Assembly (NCBI GenBank): GCA_037441385.1
Contig: JBBISH010000006.1
Span: 32,001 to 96,000 of the forward strand
Length of the DNA: 64,000 nucleotides
From: Myxococcales bacterium
GTDB lineage: Bacteria > Myxococcota_A > UBA9042
Direction of reading: 5' to 3'
Below, piece by piece: positions 27,563 to 37,903 of the stretch. The stretch's first letter is position 1. Each line of letters starts with the position of its first letter. The position numbers were made by a program, and so were the translations under genes. The notes below the pieces were generated by a model. That model was not told the origin of the DNA. It did not search any database and saw only the letters and a list, made by a program, of their open reading frames with translations.

Positions 27563-30202
27563 ATGACCGACACTTCGCTCCCTCCCGATCCCAACGCTGA
27601 GTCCGATGTGGCCAATCTGGCTACAGAATCGGCCGACGCCCCCCTGGACTCCGCTGCTCTGGCCGCCGGGGATCCCGCCCCTGTGGCGCTGGGCGAGCTG
27701 CCGAGCGTGGCGACCAGTGGTGGGGCCAGTAAGTCCGGGTATGTCATGGCGATCTTGGCCGACGCCCTGAGCGTGCCCGCCTTTGCGCCGGACTCCCCTG
27801 GCCAGAAGAGCCGCGACCGCCTGTGGCGCTGGGGCACGATCTTTGCCGTCTTTGCCCTGTATCTGCTGAACGCGGGCAGCTTTGGCCTGTGGGATCCATG
27901 GGAAACCCACTACGGCGAAGTGACCCGAAACATGGTCGAGACCTTTGACTGGGTCAACCCATGGTGGGGCTACCAGCGCAAGATCGGCAGCGAGCCCATC
28001 GGCGGCGAGTGGTTCTACAGCAAGCCGATCTACATTTTTTGGGCCGAGTGCACCTTCATCAAGCTGATCGGCCTGACGGACTGGGCCTTCCGCTTGCCGC
28101 AAGCCCTGCTGGGCGCCAGCGCGGCCGCATCCGTCCACCTGGGCGTCGAGCGCATTGCCAGTCGTCGCCTGGCCTTCTGGTCCACGACCGTGCTGGCGCT
28201 GTCGCCCTTCTTCTACATGGTGGCCCGCCAGGCCCAGACGGACATGCCGTTCGTCGCCACGCTGACCATCGGCCTCATGCTGCTGCTGACCGCCATGCTC
28301 GGCCGCCGCCAGGTGCTGACTGCGCGCGGTTTTGCCTTTGCCACCGCGGGGTTCGTGGGGTTCATGCTGCTGAACCTGCTGCCGCAGTTCGCCATCATCG
28401 CCACCGACCTGTACGACGGCAACACGCAGGACCTGGGCTCGACGATTCAGCAAAACGGCGTCTGGCATGTGGCGCTGTTCTATGCCCCGGCCACCGTGGC
28501 GATCCTGGCGTCGGTGCTGCTGCCCGTGTTCCGCCAGCGCAAGACCGAAGCGGGTTGGAGCGACCCAGCCTTTGTCGATCGCTGGTTCCGCCGCTACCTG
28601 CTGCTTTCTGGCTACATGCTGCTGGCGCAGTCGACCTACGCCAAGGGTTTGCTGGGCTTTATGTTGCCCGGCGCCATCCTGCTGTTCTTTGTCATCGCGA
28701 CCAAGCAGTGGCGCCTGTTCAAGGTGCTGGAGCTGGCGCGCGGCGTGCCGCTGTTCTTTGTCACCGTGCTGCCCTGGTACGTGGCGATGTTCTGCCGGCA
28801 CGGCATGCCCTACTACCAGCGCTTCTTCATCCACGACCACTTCAACCGCGTGGGCGCGGGCGTGCATCAGATCGACACGGGAACCTTTGAATACTTTGTC
28901 GAGTGGCTGGGTTACGGCCTGTGGCCCTGGTCGGCCTTTGCGCCCTTGGCGGTGGTGGCCGTGCTGGCCTACGCGCGCCGCGACGACGACGACCGCCAGC
29001 CCAACGCCGATGCCCTGGAGCTGTCCGAGGCGGCGGCCCGCTTTGACCGCGCCGCGCTGCGCGACTTCCAAGTGTTCGCCCTGCTGTGGTTCCTGGTGTC
29101 GTTCATCGTCTTTACCCTGAGTTCCACGCGGTTCCACCACTACATCCTGCCCGGTGTTCCGCCGCTCGCGGCCATCACCGCGATCTTCTTGGCCAACCTG
29201 GCGCAGGATCGCCGGCCGCAGGCGCGGCTGTCGGTGGTGCTGGGTCTGGGGTTCCTGGCGCTGCTGACCGTTGGCGTCATGAGCGAATTCCAGAACTTGC
29301 GCAGTCTGTTCACCTACAAGTACGACCGCCCCATGCCCGAGAACATGCCGTTTGACTGGGGCGCGACGGTGACCTGGGCCTCGGACGGTGCGCCGCTGCA
29401 GCGCTGGGCCGAACAGCCCTTTGGTCGCCACGTTGGGCCGATGGTCGCCAACATCTTGGCCATCCAATGGTTCCGCTTCGAGACCTTCTGGAAGATCGCG
29501 GGCGGTCTGGCCGGTCTTGGCATGGTCGCCATGCTTGCCGGTCGGCTGCGGCGTCTGGGCCTTGGCCTGGTCACGGCGGCGGCGGCCCTGGCGGCGTTTT
29601 GGGCGCTGAACTACTACATGCCCAGCTTGGCGCCGCACTGGTCGCAGAAGTACCTGTTCGAAAAGTACTACGAAGACTGCCACTTGCACCCCAATCCGCA
29701 GCTCGTCCAAGAGGCGTTTACGCCGCTGGTCCGGCGCGCCGGTCTCGGGTTCGTGGCCGACTTCTTCGACGCCAAGCCCAAGCGCGTCTGCACGGAAGAC
29801 ATCGTCAGCTGGCTGATCACTTGGCGCGGCGAGACCTATTACTCGAACAACGAGATCCGGCCACTGAACAAGGCCACCCAGCTCGGGCCGTACCTGCAAG
29901 AGATGAACCGGGGCAAGACCTTCTATGCCTTGGCCGAGCGAGGTCGCACCCAGGCGTTCGAGAGCAAGGTCAAGAGCGAAAGCAAGAAGCTCCGCGACGA
30001 CGGCGTCGCCGGGTTTACCGAGATCAAGGACTGGAATTGCGACGTGATGTCGAACGACTCGGCCTACTTCGTCCTGATCAAGTGCGTCCCCTTGCAGGGC
30101 GATGCCGCCGCGCGTCCCGGCCGCCCCGAGGGGCAGCGCCCGCCGCGACCGGCCACGCCACCGCCCGCCGAAGCGCCCAGCTCGCCCAATCCCAGCTTCT
30201 GA
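27563..30202 (+). CDS. ArnT/PMT-like (GT-C) membrane glycosyltransferase
   Basis: LWDPWETHYGEVTRNM, FYSKP, WAFRLP, ARQAQTDMP, AKG, LPWY, LWPWS and HHYILP; many TMs. Confidence 0.88.
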   Translation: MTDTSLPPDPNAESDVANLATESADAPLDSAALAAGDPAPVALGELPSVATSGGASKSGYVMAILADALSVPAFAPDSPGQKSRDRLWRWGTIFAVFALYLLNAGSFGLWDPWETHYGEVTRNMVETFDWVNPWWGYQRKIGSEPIGGEWFYSKPIYIFWAECTFIKLIGLTDWAFRLPQALLGASAAASVHLGVERIASRRLAFWSTTVLALSPFFYMVARQAQTDMPFVATLTIGLMLLLTAMLGRRQVLTARGFAFATAGFVGFMLLNLLPQFAIIATDLYDGNTQDLGSTIQQNGVWHVALFYAPATVAILASVLLPVFRQRKTEAGWSDPAFVDRWFRRYLLLSGYMLLAQSTYAKGLLGFMLPGAILLFFVIATKQWRLFKVLELARGVPLFFVTVLPWYVAMFCRHGMPYYQRFFIHDHFNRVGAGVHQIDTGTFEYFVEWLGYGLWPWSAFAPLAVVAVLAYARRDDDDRQPNADALELSEAAARFDRAALRDFQVFALLWFLVSFIVFTLSSTRFHHYILPGVPPLAAITAIFLANLAQDRRPQARLSVVLGLGFLALLTVGVMSEFQNLRSLFTYKYDRPMPENMPFDWGATVTWASDGAPLQRWAEQPFGRHVGPMVANILAIQWFRFETFWKIAGGLAGLGMVAMLAGRLRRLGLGLVTAAAALAAFWALNYYMPSLAPHWSQKYLFEKYYEDCHLHPNPQLVQEAFTPLVRRAGLGFVADFFDAKPKRVCTEDIVSWLITWRGETYYSNNEIRPLNKATQLGPYLQEMNRGKTFYALAERGRTQAFESKVKSESKKLRDDGVAGFTEIKDWNCDVMSNDSAYFVLIKCVPLQGDAAARPGRPEGQRPPRPATPPPAEAPSSPNPSF

Positions 30203-30293
30203 ACGGGTTGCGCTAGGTGGGGCACGGGTAGATACTCTGCAGCCACAAGGCTCCGCCGCAAGCGACCGAAGCGCGGCCTTGGGAGAAAATACC

Positions 30294-30325
30294 AAGGGGG
30301 CGCGCCGCCCCCTGCGACCCCCGCG
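30294..30325 (+). repeat. REP-like palindromic element, copy A
   Basis: AAGGGGGCGCGCCGCCCCCTGCGACCCCCGCG; 31/32 identical to 44701-44732; intergenic. Confidence 0.75.
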
Positions 30326-30417
30326 CACGGCCGGCTGCACGGCCGCGTAGTCCAACATGCTGCTCGTCATCGATGCCGGCTGCCGGTAGGGCATGTTGAA
30401 CTGGGAGAACTTGAGCA

Positions 30418-31743
30418 GTGGCCAAGACCTGCCCAACCTGCCATAGCCACCACAGCGACGAGCTGGAGTTCTGTCCACTCGACGGCGCGCATCTGCAAGT
30501 GGCGCCGCCGGCCATCCATCCGCCGCCTCCGCCCGCCAACCGGGCTCGACGTCCCCCTCCGGGGCAGGCGCCCGCTATGGCGGCGTCTGGCGAAGTGTCG
30601 CACGCCCAAGGCCTGCACCGCCCAACCTTGCTCCACGTGGGCGGAATTCTGCCCGCCAATGCGCCCACGCCGGCCGCGGAACCGATCGCACCCGCCTCGA
30701 CCTTTGCCACGGCCCTGTCGCGCGGCCCAATGACCACCGATCAGGCGGTGGCCCGGCTCGAACTCATCGCCAAGCTGGTCAGCGATGCCCGTGCCGATCG
30801 CCATGGGGCGCTGACGCCCTGGCACCTGCAGTTCCTCAGCGCCGATGGCACGGGCCGGCCCAGCCTGGCCGAGCCCAGCGCCGTGACCGATCCTCTGCAG
30901 TTGGCACTCTACTCGGCCCCTGAACTCCAACAGGCCGCCGGCCAGTACACGCCAGCAACCGAAGTGTACGCGCTGGGTTGCATGCTCTTCGAGGCGATTG
31001 CCGGGCGGGTGCCGTTCCCAGGCGCCAGCCTGGCGGAGGTGCAAAAACGCCATGCCAGTGCCGCGGTTCCGGCGGTGCGCATGGTGCGCCGCGACTGCGA
31101 CCTGCCGCCCAGCCTGGAAGTGGAGATCCAGCGCGCCTTGAAGAAGCGGCCGGGCGATCGCCACCCCACCCCGCTCGCTTTTGCCGAAGCGATCCGCAGT
31201 GCCAATCGCGAAGATGACCGCGCGACCATGGCCTTTGACATGAAGAGCCCGGCCGTGCAGCGCGAGATCGCCGCGCGCTTGGCCGCCGCCGAGGCCGCCC
31301 GTGCCCCAGCGGCAGCGAACAGTTCGTCTGCGCCAGCGGTTGCCCCACCACCGGTCGCTGCGCCCGCCCCGCCAAAGAGCAACAAAGCCATGCTGATCCT
31401 GGCTCTGGTCGCCATCGTGGCGTTGGGCGTTGGCGTGGTCGTGCTCATGCAGCGCCAGCCCGAGAAGGTGGTGGTGCCGCAGCCCGTGCTGGTGCCCGTG
31501 CCCGTCGTTGCCGACGTGGTGGCGCCCGCGCCCGATGTCGCCCAACCCGACACGCAAGATACCGTGGATACAGCGGATACCGAAGACAGTCAGGACGCAG
31601 AGGACGACGCGGCGCCCGACGCTGCGGCCGAAGCGACTCGACCCAAGGCGGGCCACACCCACGCCCCCGTCAAGACCCGCGACACGCCGCCGGACACCAA
31701 GACCGAAGAGCCCAAGAAGGGGAATCACCCCGCGGTGTTCTGA
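30418..31743 (+). CDS. Membrane-anchored Ser/Thr protein kinase-like protein (probable pseudokinase) with N-terminal Zn ribbon
   Basis: CPTC...FCPLDG; kinase C-lobe motifs YSAPE, EVYALGCMLFEAIAGRVPF and ALKKRPGDR; a TM helix, then an acidic tail. Confidence 0.8.
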   Translation: MAKTCPTCHSHHSDELEFCPLDGAHLQVAPPAIHPPPPPANRARRPPPGQAPAMAASGEVSHAQGLHRPTLLHVGGILPANAPTPAAEPIAPASTFATALSRGPMTTDQAVARLELIAKLVSDARADRHGALTPWHLQFLSADGTGRPSLAEPSAVTDPLQLALYSAPELQQAAGQYTPATEVYALGCMLFEAIAGRVPFPGASLAEVQKRHASAAVPAVRMVRRDCDLPPSLEVEIQRALKKRPGDRHPTPLAFAEAIRSANREDDRATMAFDMKSPAVQREIAARLAAAEAARAPAAANSSSAPAVAPPPVAAPAPPKSNKAMLILALVAIVALGVGVVVLMQRQPEKVVVPQPVLVPVPVVADVVAPAPDVAQPDTQDTVDTADTEDSQDAEDDAAPDAAAEATRPKAGHTHAPVKTRDTPPDTKTEEPKKGNHPAVF

Positions 31744-31756
31744 TCGCCACGCGCGC

Positions 31757-32434
31757 CTACGGCGTCGAGTTCAGCCACTCGCTGCCGTCCGTGCTCGTCT
31801 CTTTCTTCCAGATCGGCACGCGCGCTTTCAGTTCGTCGATGACGAATTGGCAGGCATCAAAGGCCTCTTTGCGGTGGGCCGCGCCGCAGGCGATCGACAC
31901 AGCTACTTCGCCGATCTGCAGCACGCCCAGCCGGTGGATCACGCGCACATCGCACAGGCCGAAGCGCTCGATCGCCTCGCCGCAGATGCGCTCCATTTCC
32001 TTTTGCGCCATCGGCTCGTAGGCCGTGTACTCCAGCTGGGTGATGGCCCTGCCCAGGTTGTGGTCGCGCACGGTGCCGACAAAGGTGGCGATGCCGCCCA
32101 CGCCGGTCAGGGTCAAGGCCCGCTCGGTCGCGCCCGGCTCGATGGGCGTGGGTTGCAGGGTCGCCCGCGGGCTGCCGCCTGCGGCCGGGGGCAGCACCAA
32201 GATCTCCTCGCCGCTGTACAGCTCCTCGGCTTCGAAAAGGAATTCGTCGTCGCGGGCAAAGCGGCTGTGGCGGGCCAGGTGCTGCCACTTGCCGCCGCGT
32301 TTGGCCAGAATTTTGCGTAGTTGCGCGACAGTGGTGCCGTCTTGCCACTCCAGCTGCTCGCTGTCCGAGCCCGCCAGGTCGCGGGCGGCGGCGAAGTGCC
32401 GCAGAGTCAACGTGGTGCCATGGGCGGTGCGCAT
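31757..32434 (-). CDS. Fused MoaD-MoaE molybdopterin synthase (MoaX-like)
   Basis: MoaD part (FAAARDLAG...LPPAAGG) followed by MoaE part (GGIATFVGTVR, LEYTAYEPMA, HRLG, HRKEAF, PIWKKE). Confidence 0.9.
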   Translation of the reverse strand: MRTAHGTTLTLRHFAAARDLAGSDSEQLEWQDGTTVAQLRKILAKRGGKWQHLARHSRFARDDEFLFEAEELYSGEEILVLPPAAGGSPRATLQPTPIEPGATERALTLTGVGGIATFVGTVRDHNLGRAITQLEYTAYEPMAQKEMERICGEAIERFGLCDVRVIHRLGVLQIGEVAVSIACGAAHRKEAFDACQFVIDELKARVPIWKKETSTDGSEWLNSTP

Positions 32435-32467
32435 AGTGTCCCCAAATCGACAAAGAAAATCGCCAGC

Positions 32468-34852
32468 TCAGGCTGGCTTCAAAAAGCGTGCGACGATCTT
32501 CTTGATCCCGACGCCAGGAAACTGCACGGTCAGCTGGGCCTCGCCCCCGTAGCCGGCGATGTCCAGGATTTTGCCAGTGCCAAAGCGGACATGCAGGGCC
32601 TTGCCCCCGACTTGGAACCCACTCTCGCCGTCGGACCGTTGGATGGCCGGGACGTCGTCGTCGTGGTGGGCCACGGTTCGGCTCGCGAGCGGATTGCCGT
32701 TGGACCAGGCGCCTGCAGCGGGCGCGGCGCGCTGACCCAGGCCGCTTGGCGCGCCCCAAGTCGGTCGGGCTGGGGCCGCGGTGGCGCTCCGAGTCGGCTG
32801 TCCCCACGAGCTGCCCCACGAGCTGGCGCTGCGCATGCCGTAGCCGGCGTCGTCGATCTGCACCAACTCGCGCGGGACGGCCTGCAGAAACCGGCTGGGC
32901 TCGCTGGGCATTTCCCGGCCGTCAAAGCGCCGCCGCAGCCGCGCGTGGCTCAGGTGCAGCTTCTTGCGGGCGCGCGTCATCGCCACGTAGAACAGCCGCC
33001 GCTCCTCTTCCAGGTCGCGCGGGTCGGCCTCGCGCTCGGCCGTGCCGCCCAGCACGTTGGCATGGGGCAGCAGCCCTTCTTCCAGGCCGACCACGAACGC
33101 CACATCGAATTCCAAACCCTTGGCCGAGTGCATCGTCATCAGCGACACCCGCGCCTGCGCGTCGCTCAGCTTGTCCACGTCGCTGACCAGCGCCACGGTC
33201 TCCAAGAAGCTCCGCAGCCCGGGATCTTCGGCCGAGTCGGCATGCTCGCCCATCGCCGCCAGCAATTGCTGAAGATTCTCAAGGCGATCAGCGGCATCGG
33301 GATCCTTGTCCTCTTGCAGCGCCTTCTTCAAGCCCGACGCCTCCAGGATCCGCGCCCCGGCCTGGTCGGCGCGCATCGGCTCGATCTCCTCGCGCAGGCG
33401 CCCGATCAGCTCGTGAAAAGTCTTCAGCTTTTCGCTCGCCCGGCCCGCGCCGCCCAACCGGAGCAAGTCCAACGCCGCCGCCGGCAAGCTCCGCTCGATC
33501 TGACTGGCGTGCTTTTGCACCGCCTCGATGGTCGTGTCGCCGATGCCGCGCCGCGGGCTGACCACCGCGCGCAGCCACGCCGCCGAATCGTCCTGGTTGA
33601 CCAGCAAGCGGCACCACGCCAAGGCGTCTTTGACCTCGGCGCGCTCGTAGAACTTCATGCCGCCGATGAGCACGTAGGGCAGGCGGAAGCGCCGCAGCGA
33701 GTCTTCCAGCACCCGCGAGCAGGCGTTGGTGCGATAGAACACCGCGAATTCGCCAAGCGGGGTCTCGTGTTGCCGGCGCTCGATCTGCCGCGCCACCCAA
33801 TCGGCCTCGTCGCGATCACTGGCAGCGACGTGCAGGGTGATGGGGTCGCCCAGGCCGCGGTCGGTCCACAGCACCTTGCCGTGGCGGGTGGTGTTGCGCG
33901 ACACCACGGCGGTCGAGGCCCGCAAGATCGTCTCGGTCGACCGGTAGTTGCGCTCGAGCTTGATCACCTCAGCGCCGTCGAACATCTTGGGGAAGCCAAG
34001 AATGTTGCCCACTTCGGCGCCGCGCCAGCTGTAGATCGACTGGTCGTCGTCGCCCACCACGCACAGGTTTCCGTGGACCGAGGTCAGGTACTTGAGCAGC
34101 TCGAACTGAGCGAAGTTGGTGTCCTGGAACTCGTCGACCAGCACATAGCGGAAGCGTTGCGCCAGGTTGTGGCAGATGTTGGGATCGCTCGCCAAGGCCT
34201 GGGTCGGCAGCATGATCAGGTCGCCAAAGTCGACGGCATTGGCCAGCCGCATCTCTTTTTCGTAGGCTTGGTAGATACTTAGGGCCTTCTTGTCAAAGGC
34301 CGACGCGGCCAGCTCCTTCAGGCGCGGGTCCTGCGGTCCCATACAGCGGTTCTTGGCGCGATCGATGTAGCTCGCGAACATCTTGGGCTTGTGGGTCGCC
34401 TCCGAGATGCCCAGCTCCTTCATGACGCGCACGATCACCCGCTGCTGATCGTCGGTATCGTAGATGGAAAAGGTAGGTTGCAGGCCCACATAGCCCGCCA
34501 GTTGCCGCAGCAGCCGCACGCCGACCGAGTGGAACGTGCCCAGCCACAGCTGGCTTGCCGAATCGCCTACCGCGTGCGCTACCCGCTCGCGCATCTCGCC
34601 CGCGGCCTTGTTGGTAAAGGTCATCGCCAGGATTTGCCAAGGGAACACGCCCAGCTCGCTGATCAGCCAGGCGATACGGTGGGTGATGACACGGGTCTTG
34701 CCCGAACCAGCGCCGGCCAAAACCAGCACAGGTCCTTGAGTGTGCAAAACCGCTTGCTTTTGCTCCGTATTCAGCATCGAGAGCAGGGGGTGCTCACCGC
34801 CCTCTGCCCCGCCCGCGTCGCTCCCGTACCCGTTGCCTTGTTGCGGCTCCAC
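32468..34852 (-). CDS. uvrD: ATP-dependent DNA helicase PcrA/UvrD
   Basis: LAGAGSGKTRV, TFTNKAA, VDEFQDTN, VGDDDQSIY, NYRST, TMHSAKGLEF and EERRLFYVAMTRA; Tudor-like CTD. Start is either GTG 34852 or ATG 34777. Confidence 0.93.
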   Translation of the reverse strand: MEPQQGNGYGSDAGGAEGGEHPLLSMLNTEQKQAVLHTQGPVLVLAGAGSGKTRVITHRIAWLISELGVFPWQILAMTFTNKAAGEMRERVAHAVGDSASQLWLGTFHSVGVRLLRQLAGYVGLQPTFSIYDTDDQQRVIVRVMKELGISEATHKPKMFASYIDRAKNRCMGPQDPRLKELAASAFDKKALSIYQAYEKEMRLANAVDFGDLIMLPTQALASDPNICHNLAQRFRYVLVDEFQDTNFAQFELLKYLTSVHGNLCVVGDDDQSIYSWRGAEVGNILGFPKMFDGAEVIKLERNYRSTETILRASTAVVSRNTTRHGKVLWTDRGLGDPITLHVAASDRDEADWVARQIERRQHETPLGEFAVFYRTNACSRVLEDSLRRFRLPYVLIGGMKFYERAEVKDALAWCRLLVNQDDSAAWLRAVVSPRRGIGDTTIEAVQKHASQIERSLPAAALDLLRLGGAGRASEKLKTFHELIGRLREEIEPMRADQAGARILEASGLKKALQEDKDPDAADRLENLQQLLAAMGEHADSAEDPGLRSFLETVALVSDVDKLSDAQARVSLMTMHSAKGLEFDVAFVVGLEEGLLPHANVLGGTAEREADPRDLEEERRLFYVAMTRARKKLHLSHARLRRRFDGREMPSEPSRFLQAVPRELVQIDDAGYGMRSASSWGSSWGQPTRSATAAPARPTWGAPSGLGQRAAPAAGAWSNGNPLASRTVAHHDDDVPAIQRSDGESGFQVGGKALHVRFGTGKILDIAGYGGEAQLTVQFPGVGIKKIVARFLKPA

Positions 34853-34983
34853 GCCTTGCCCCACCTCGGCCGCCGGCCGGTGCGGCAGTGTCGCCAAAGC
34901 GCGGCCGTCGTTCAAGCGCCATCGACGCTCATGCCGGATCCGAACCGGACCCTTGTCGACTGGGTTCTGTGAACTGGGTTCTC

Positions 34984-36039
34984 TCAGCTGGGCTCGGCCA
35001 AGAAGCCGCGCAGCTCCGAAGGCCGCACTTCGTAGCGCTCCTTGCAGTAATCGCACAGCAATTCCAACGGCTCGTTGCCTGCGGCCAAATCGTGCAGGTC
35101 GCGCTTGGGCAGGGTCGACAGCATCGACAGCATGCGGTGGCGGCTGCAGCGGCACAGAAACGCCACGGCCTCGCGGGCGCACTGGTCCCAGACAAAGCCC
35201 TTGAGCAGCGCGCTGGCCCAGCCGCGCCCATCGGGATCATCGGCCGTCATCGCCTGGTGCAGCGGCGGCAGCGGGGCCAAGTTTTCTAGGATTTTCTGGA
35301 TGTCGCCGCGCGTCCCTTCGGGCATCAGCTGGACCAGGTAGCCCACGGCGTGCTGGACCGTGCCATCCTCGGCCACGGCCACGTCGGTCTGCAGCAGCGA
35401 CAGGATCTGCTCGGAGTCCAGCAGATAGTTCATGAAGTAGTCGGCCACGTTGTCGCCGTCCAGGGCCGTGGTGCTGCTGTACGACCGTGCGCCGGGAGCG
35501 CCCACGCCGGCCGACCGCGACACCAGCAACGTGCCCGCGCCGATCAAGAAGCCAAAGGCTTCGTTGACCTCTTGCGGGTGCGCCACATACGCGCGCATGC
35601 CGCCTTCGCGCCAGGCGTCCACGGTCACGCGGCCCATCGGCCCCTGGTGCTCCAGGGTCACCTGTAGCTGGTCGTCGGGGTTCAGGGTCGAGCGCACCAG
35701 CAGCGTGCCCACCATCAGCTCGCCCAGGGTCTTGGTCACGTCGGCCGAGCACTCCAAACGCCGCGCGGCCTCGGCCACCGTGCGGGTCGCGCGGACCACC
35801 AGCAGGCGCAATTCGCCGTTGCGGCTCAGGCTGCGCCACAGCGTGTCCACCTCCAGCGCTGGCGCCGGGTCCATCAGCTGGGTAGGGGCGGCCAGGCGCT
35901 GGGCCTCGCGCTCGCGCTGCAGGGCCTGCCGGCGCAGCACCGCCTCGGCGGTGATAGCCACGGGCCGATCGGCAAAGGCCTGTCCTTGGTTGTCTTTGGG
36001 GGTGTTGCTCATGACACTCGTCCTGGCCGTTCTTTTCAT
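34984..36039 (-). CDS. hslO: Redox-regulated chaperone Hsp33
   Basis: DSEQ and GYLVQLMP motifs; zinc motif CRCS...CDYC. Start may be ATG 36012. Confidence 0.88.
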   Translation of the reverse strand: MKRTARTSVMSNTPKDNQGQAFADRPVAITAEAVLRRQALQREREAQRLAAPTQLMDPAPALEVDTLWRSLSRNGELRLLVVRATRTVAEAARRLECSADVTKTLGELMVGTLLVRSTLNPDDQLQVTLEHQGPMGRVTVDAWREGGMRAYVAHPQEVNEAFGFLIGAGTLLVSRSAGVGAPGARSYSSTTALDGDNVADYFMNYLLDSEQILSLLQTDVAVAEDGTVQHAVGYLVQLMPEGTRGDIQKILENLAPLPPLHQAMTADDPDGRGWASALLKGFVWDQCAREAVAFLCRCSRHRMLSMLSTLPKRDLHDLAAGNEPLELLCDYCKERYEVRPSELRGFLAEPS

Positions 36040-36049
36040 TGGGGCGCGG

Positions 36050-37903
36050 TCAGCCGTCGATGTCGGCCGTCACGCGCAGCACTTCGTCAAAGGTCGTCAG
36101 CCCCAGGGCCATCTTTTTCAGCGCCGCCTCGCGCAGGGTGACCATGCCCTCTTCCACGGCCTGGCGCGTAATGCGCCCCGCGTCGGCCGACTCGGCGATC
36201 AGGCGCCGCAGCTTGTCGCTCATGGGCATCACTTCGTACACACCGGTGCGGCCTTTCAAGCCCGTCTCGCGGCAAACGGCGCAGCCGTGGCCTTGCCAAA
36301 CCGCAAATTGGTCGCCGCCCAGCTCTAGCCCCAGCGCTTGCGCCTGCTCGGGCGAAAGCACTGTCTCTTGGCGGCACTGCAGGCACACGGTCCGCACCAA
36401 CCGCTGCGCCACCACCCCCAACAGCGACGCCGACAGCAGGTACGGCTGCACCCCCAGGTCCACCAGGCGCGCCACCGTCGACGGCGCGTCGTTGGTGTGG
36501 ACTGTGCTCAGCACCAGGTGACCGGTCATGGCGGCCTGGATGGCGTTGTGGGCGGTCTCGCTGTCGCGGATCTCGCCCACCATGATCACGTCGGGATCCT
36601 GGCGCAGCAGCGTGCGCAGCGCCCCGGCAAAGGTCAGCCCCACCTTGGGTTGCACGGCGGTCTGGTTGAAGGCCTCCAGCACCATCTCGATCGGATCCTC
36701 GATGGTGGCGATGTTCAGCTGCGGCGAGGCGATGGCCCGCAAGCACGAGTAAAGCGTGGTGGTTTTGCCGGAACCGGTCGGACCGCACACCAGCACCAGC
36801 CCGTGCGGCCGGTGGATCATCTTTTGCACGTGCTCCAGGTCGCGTGGAAACAGGCCCAGGCCGGGCAGATCCTGCAGCAGCACTTCGGGATCAAAGATGC
36901 GCAGCACGATCTTTTCGCCAAAGGCCGTGGGCATGGTCGACGCGCGCAGCTCCACCTCGCGGTCGCCGCCCTGCGGCCGCTGATGCTGCAGCTTGACCCG
37001 GCCGTCTTGCGGGCGGCGCTTGTCGGCGATGTCCAGGCGCGCCATGGTCTTGATCCGCGAGCTGATCGCCGCGAACACCAGCTTGGGCAACTGGTGCACC
37101 GTGTGCAGCACGCCGTCGATGCGCAGCCGCACTAGGGCTTGCTCGCGCTTGGGCTCCAGGTGAATGTCCGACGCGCCCTGATCCAGGGCGTAGCGCAGCA
37201 AGAAGTCCACCGCGCGGACCACATGGCGATCGTCGCCCTCGACCTCGCGACCGGCGGCGCCCAGCTTGACTAGCTGCTCCAAATTGCCCAGGTCGGTCAG
37301 GGGTTCGCCCAGGTCCGCCGCAGCGCCGCGCAAGGTGGCGCGGAAATGGAAGGTGTCGTCGATGGCCGGCACGATCTCGCTGCGCAGGCCCAGCACCAGT
37401 TCGACCGGCTGGCCCGTGCGGGCCGCCAAGGTGTCGGCCACATCGCGGCTGAGCGGCGAGTCCACCGCCACCACCAGCTTGCCGCCTTCGATCCCCAGCG
37501 GCAGCGCGCAGTTGCGGCGAGCATAGGCGCGCGAGACGCTCGCCGTGATCAGCTTGGCGTCTAGGCGCAAGGCGTCGATGCGCTGCAGGCGCAGGCCCGC
37601 GGCCTTGGCCAGCGTCTGAGCGATCCGCAGTTCGCTGACCGGGGTGCCATCGTCGGCGCCGATCAGGCCAAAACTGGCCAGCACATCCGCGGCACTGACC
37701 GGCACGCCCTCGTCGCCCTGATCCAGCTGGCGCTGGCGATCGAGCATCCGCCGCCGCCGTTCGCCGGCCGGCAGCACCTCGACCACCTGGGCGCGCCGAA
37801 GCACGCCTTGGTTCTCCAAGACATCCAGCAGAGTAGCCAAGTCCAGGTTGCCCGGCCACGGGCTGCCCTGGCGGTCGGCGGCGCCGGGTTCAGGCAAAGG
37901 CAT
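36050..37903 (-). CDS. GspE/PilB-family secretion/pilus assembly ATPase
   Basis: ASDIHLEP, RLRIDGVL, LDIADKRRPQDG, GPTGSGKTTT, TIEDPIE, LRQDPDVIMVGEIRD, AMTGHLV; tetracysteine motif. Confidence 0.92.
   Translation of the reverse strand: MPLPEPGAADRQGSPWPGNLDLATLLDVLENQGVLRRAQVVEVLPAGERRRRMLDRQRQLDQGDEGVPVSAADVLASFGLIGADDGTPVSELRIAQTLAKAAGLRLQRIDALRLDAKLITASVSRAYARRNCALPLGIEGGKLVVAVDSPLSRDVADTLAARTGQPVELVLGLRSEIVPAIDDTFHFRATLRGAAADLGEPLTDLGNLEQLVKLGAAGREVEGDDRHVVRAVDFLLRYALDQGASDIHLEPKREQALVRLRIDGVLHTVHQLPKLVFAAISSRIKTMARLDIADKRRPQDGRVKLQHQRPQGGDREVELRASTMPTAFGEKIVLRIFDPEVLLQDLPGLGLFPRDLEHVQKMIHRPHGLVLVCGPTGSGKTTTLYSCLRAIASPQLNIATIEDPIEMVLEAFNQTAVQPKVGLTFAGALRTLLRQDPDVIMVGEIRDSETAHNAIQAAMTGHLVLSTVHTNDAPSTVARLVDLGVQPYLLSASLLGVVAQRLVRTVCLQCRQETVLSPEQAQALGLELGGDQFAVWQGHGCAVCRETGLKGRTGVYEVMPMSDKLRRLIAESADAGRITRQAVEEGMVTLREAALKKMALGLTTFDEVLRVTADIDG

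Noticed and set aside
27236..30478. 1080-aa minus-strand ORF, and similar long ORFs at 21981-24443, 32321-34282, 44471-46834, 47622-49442 and 57641-59941
   Set aside because: These are antisense shadows of well-supported genes. High-GC codon bias leaves the reverse frame stop-poor, and they show no motifs.
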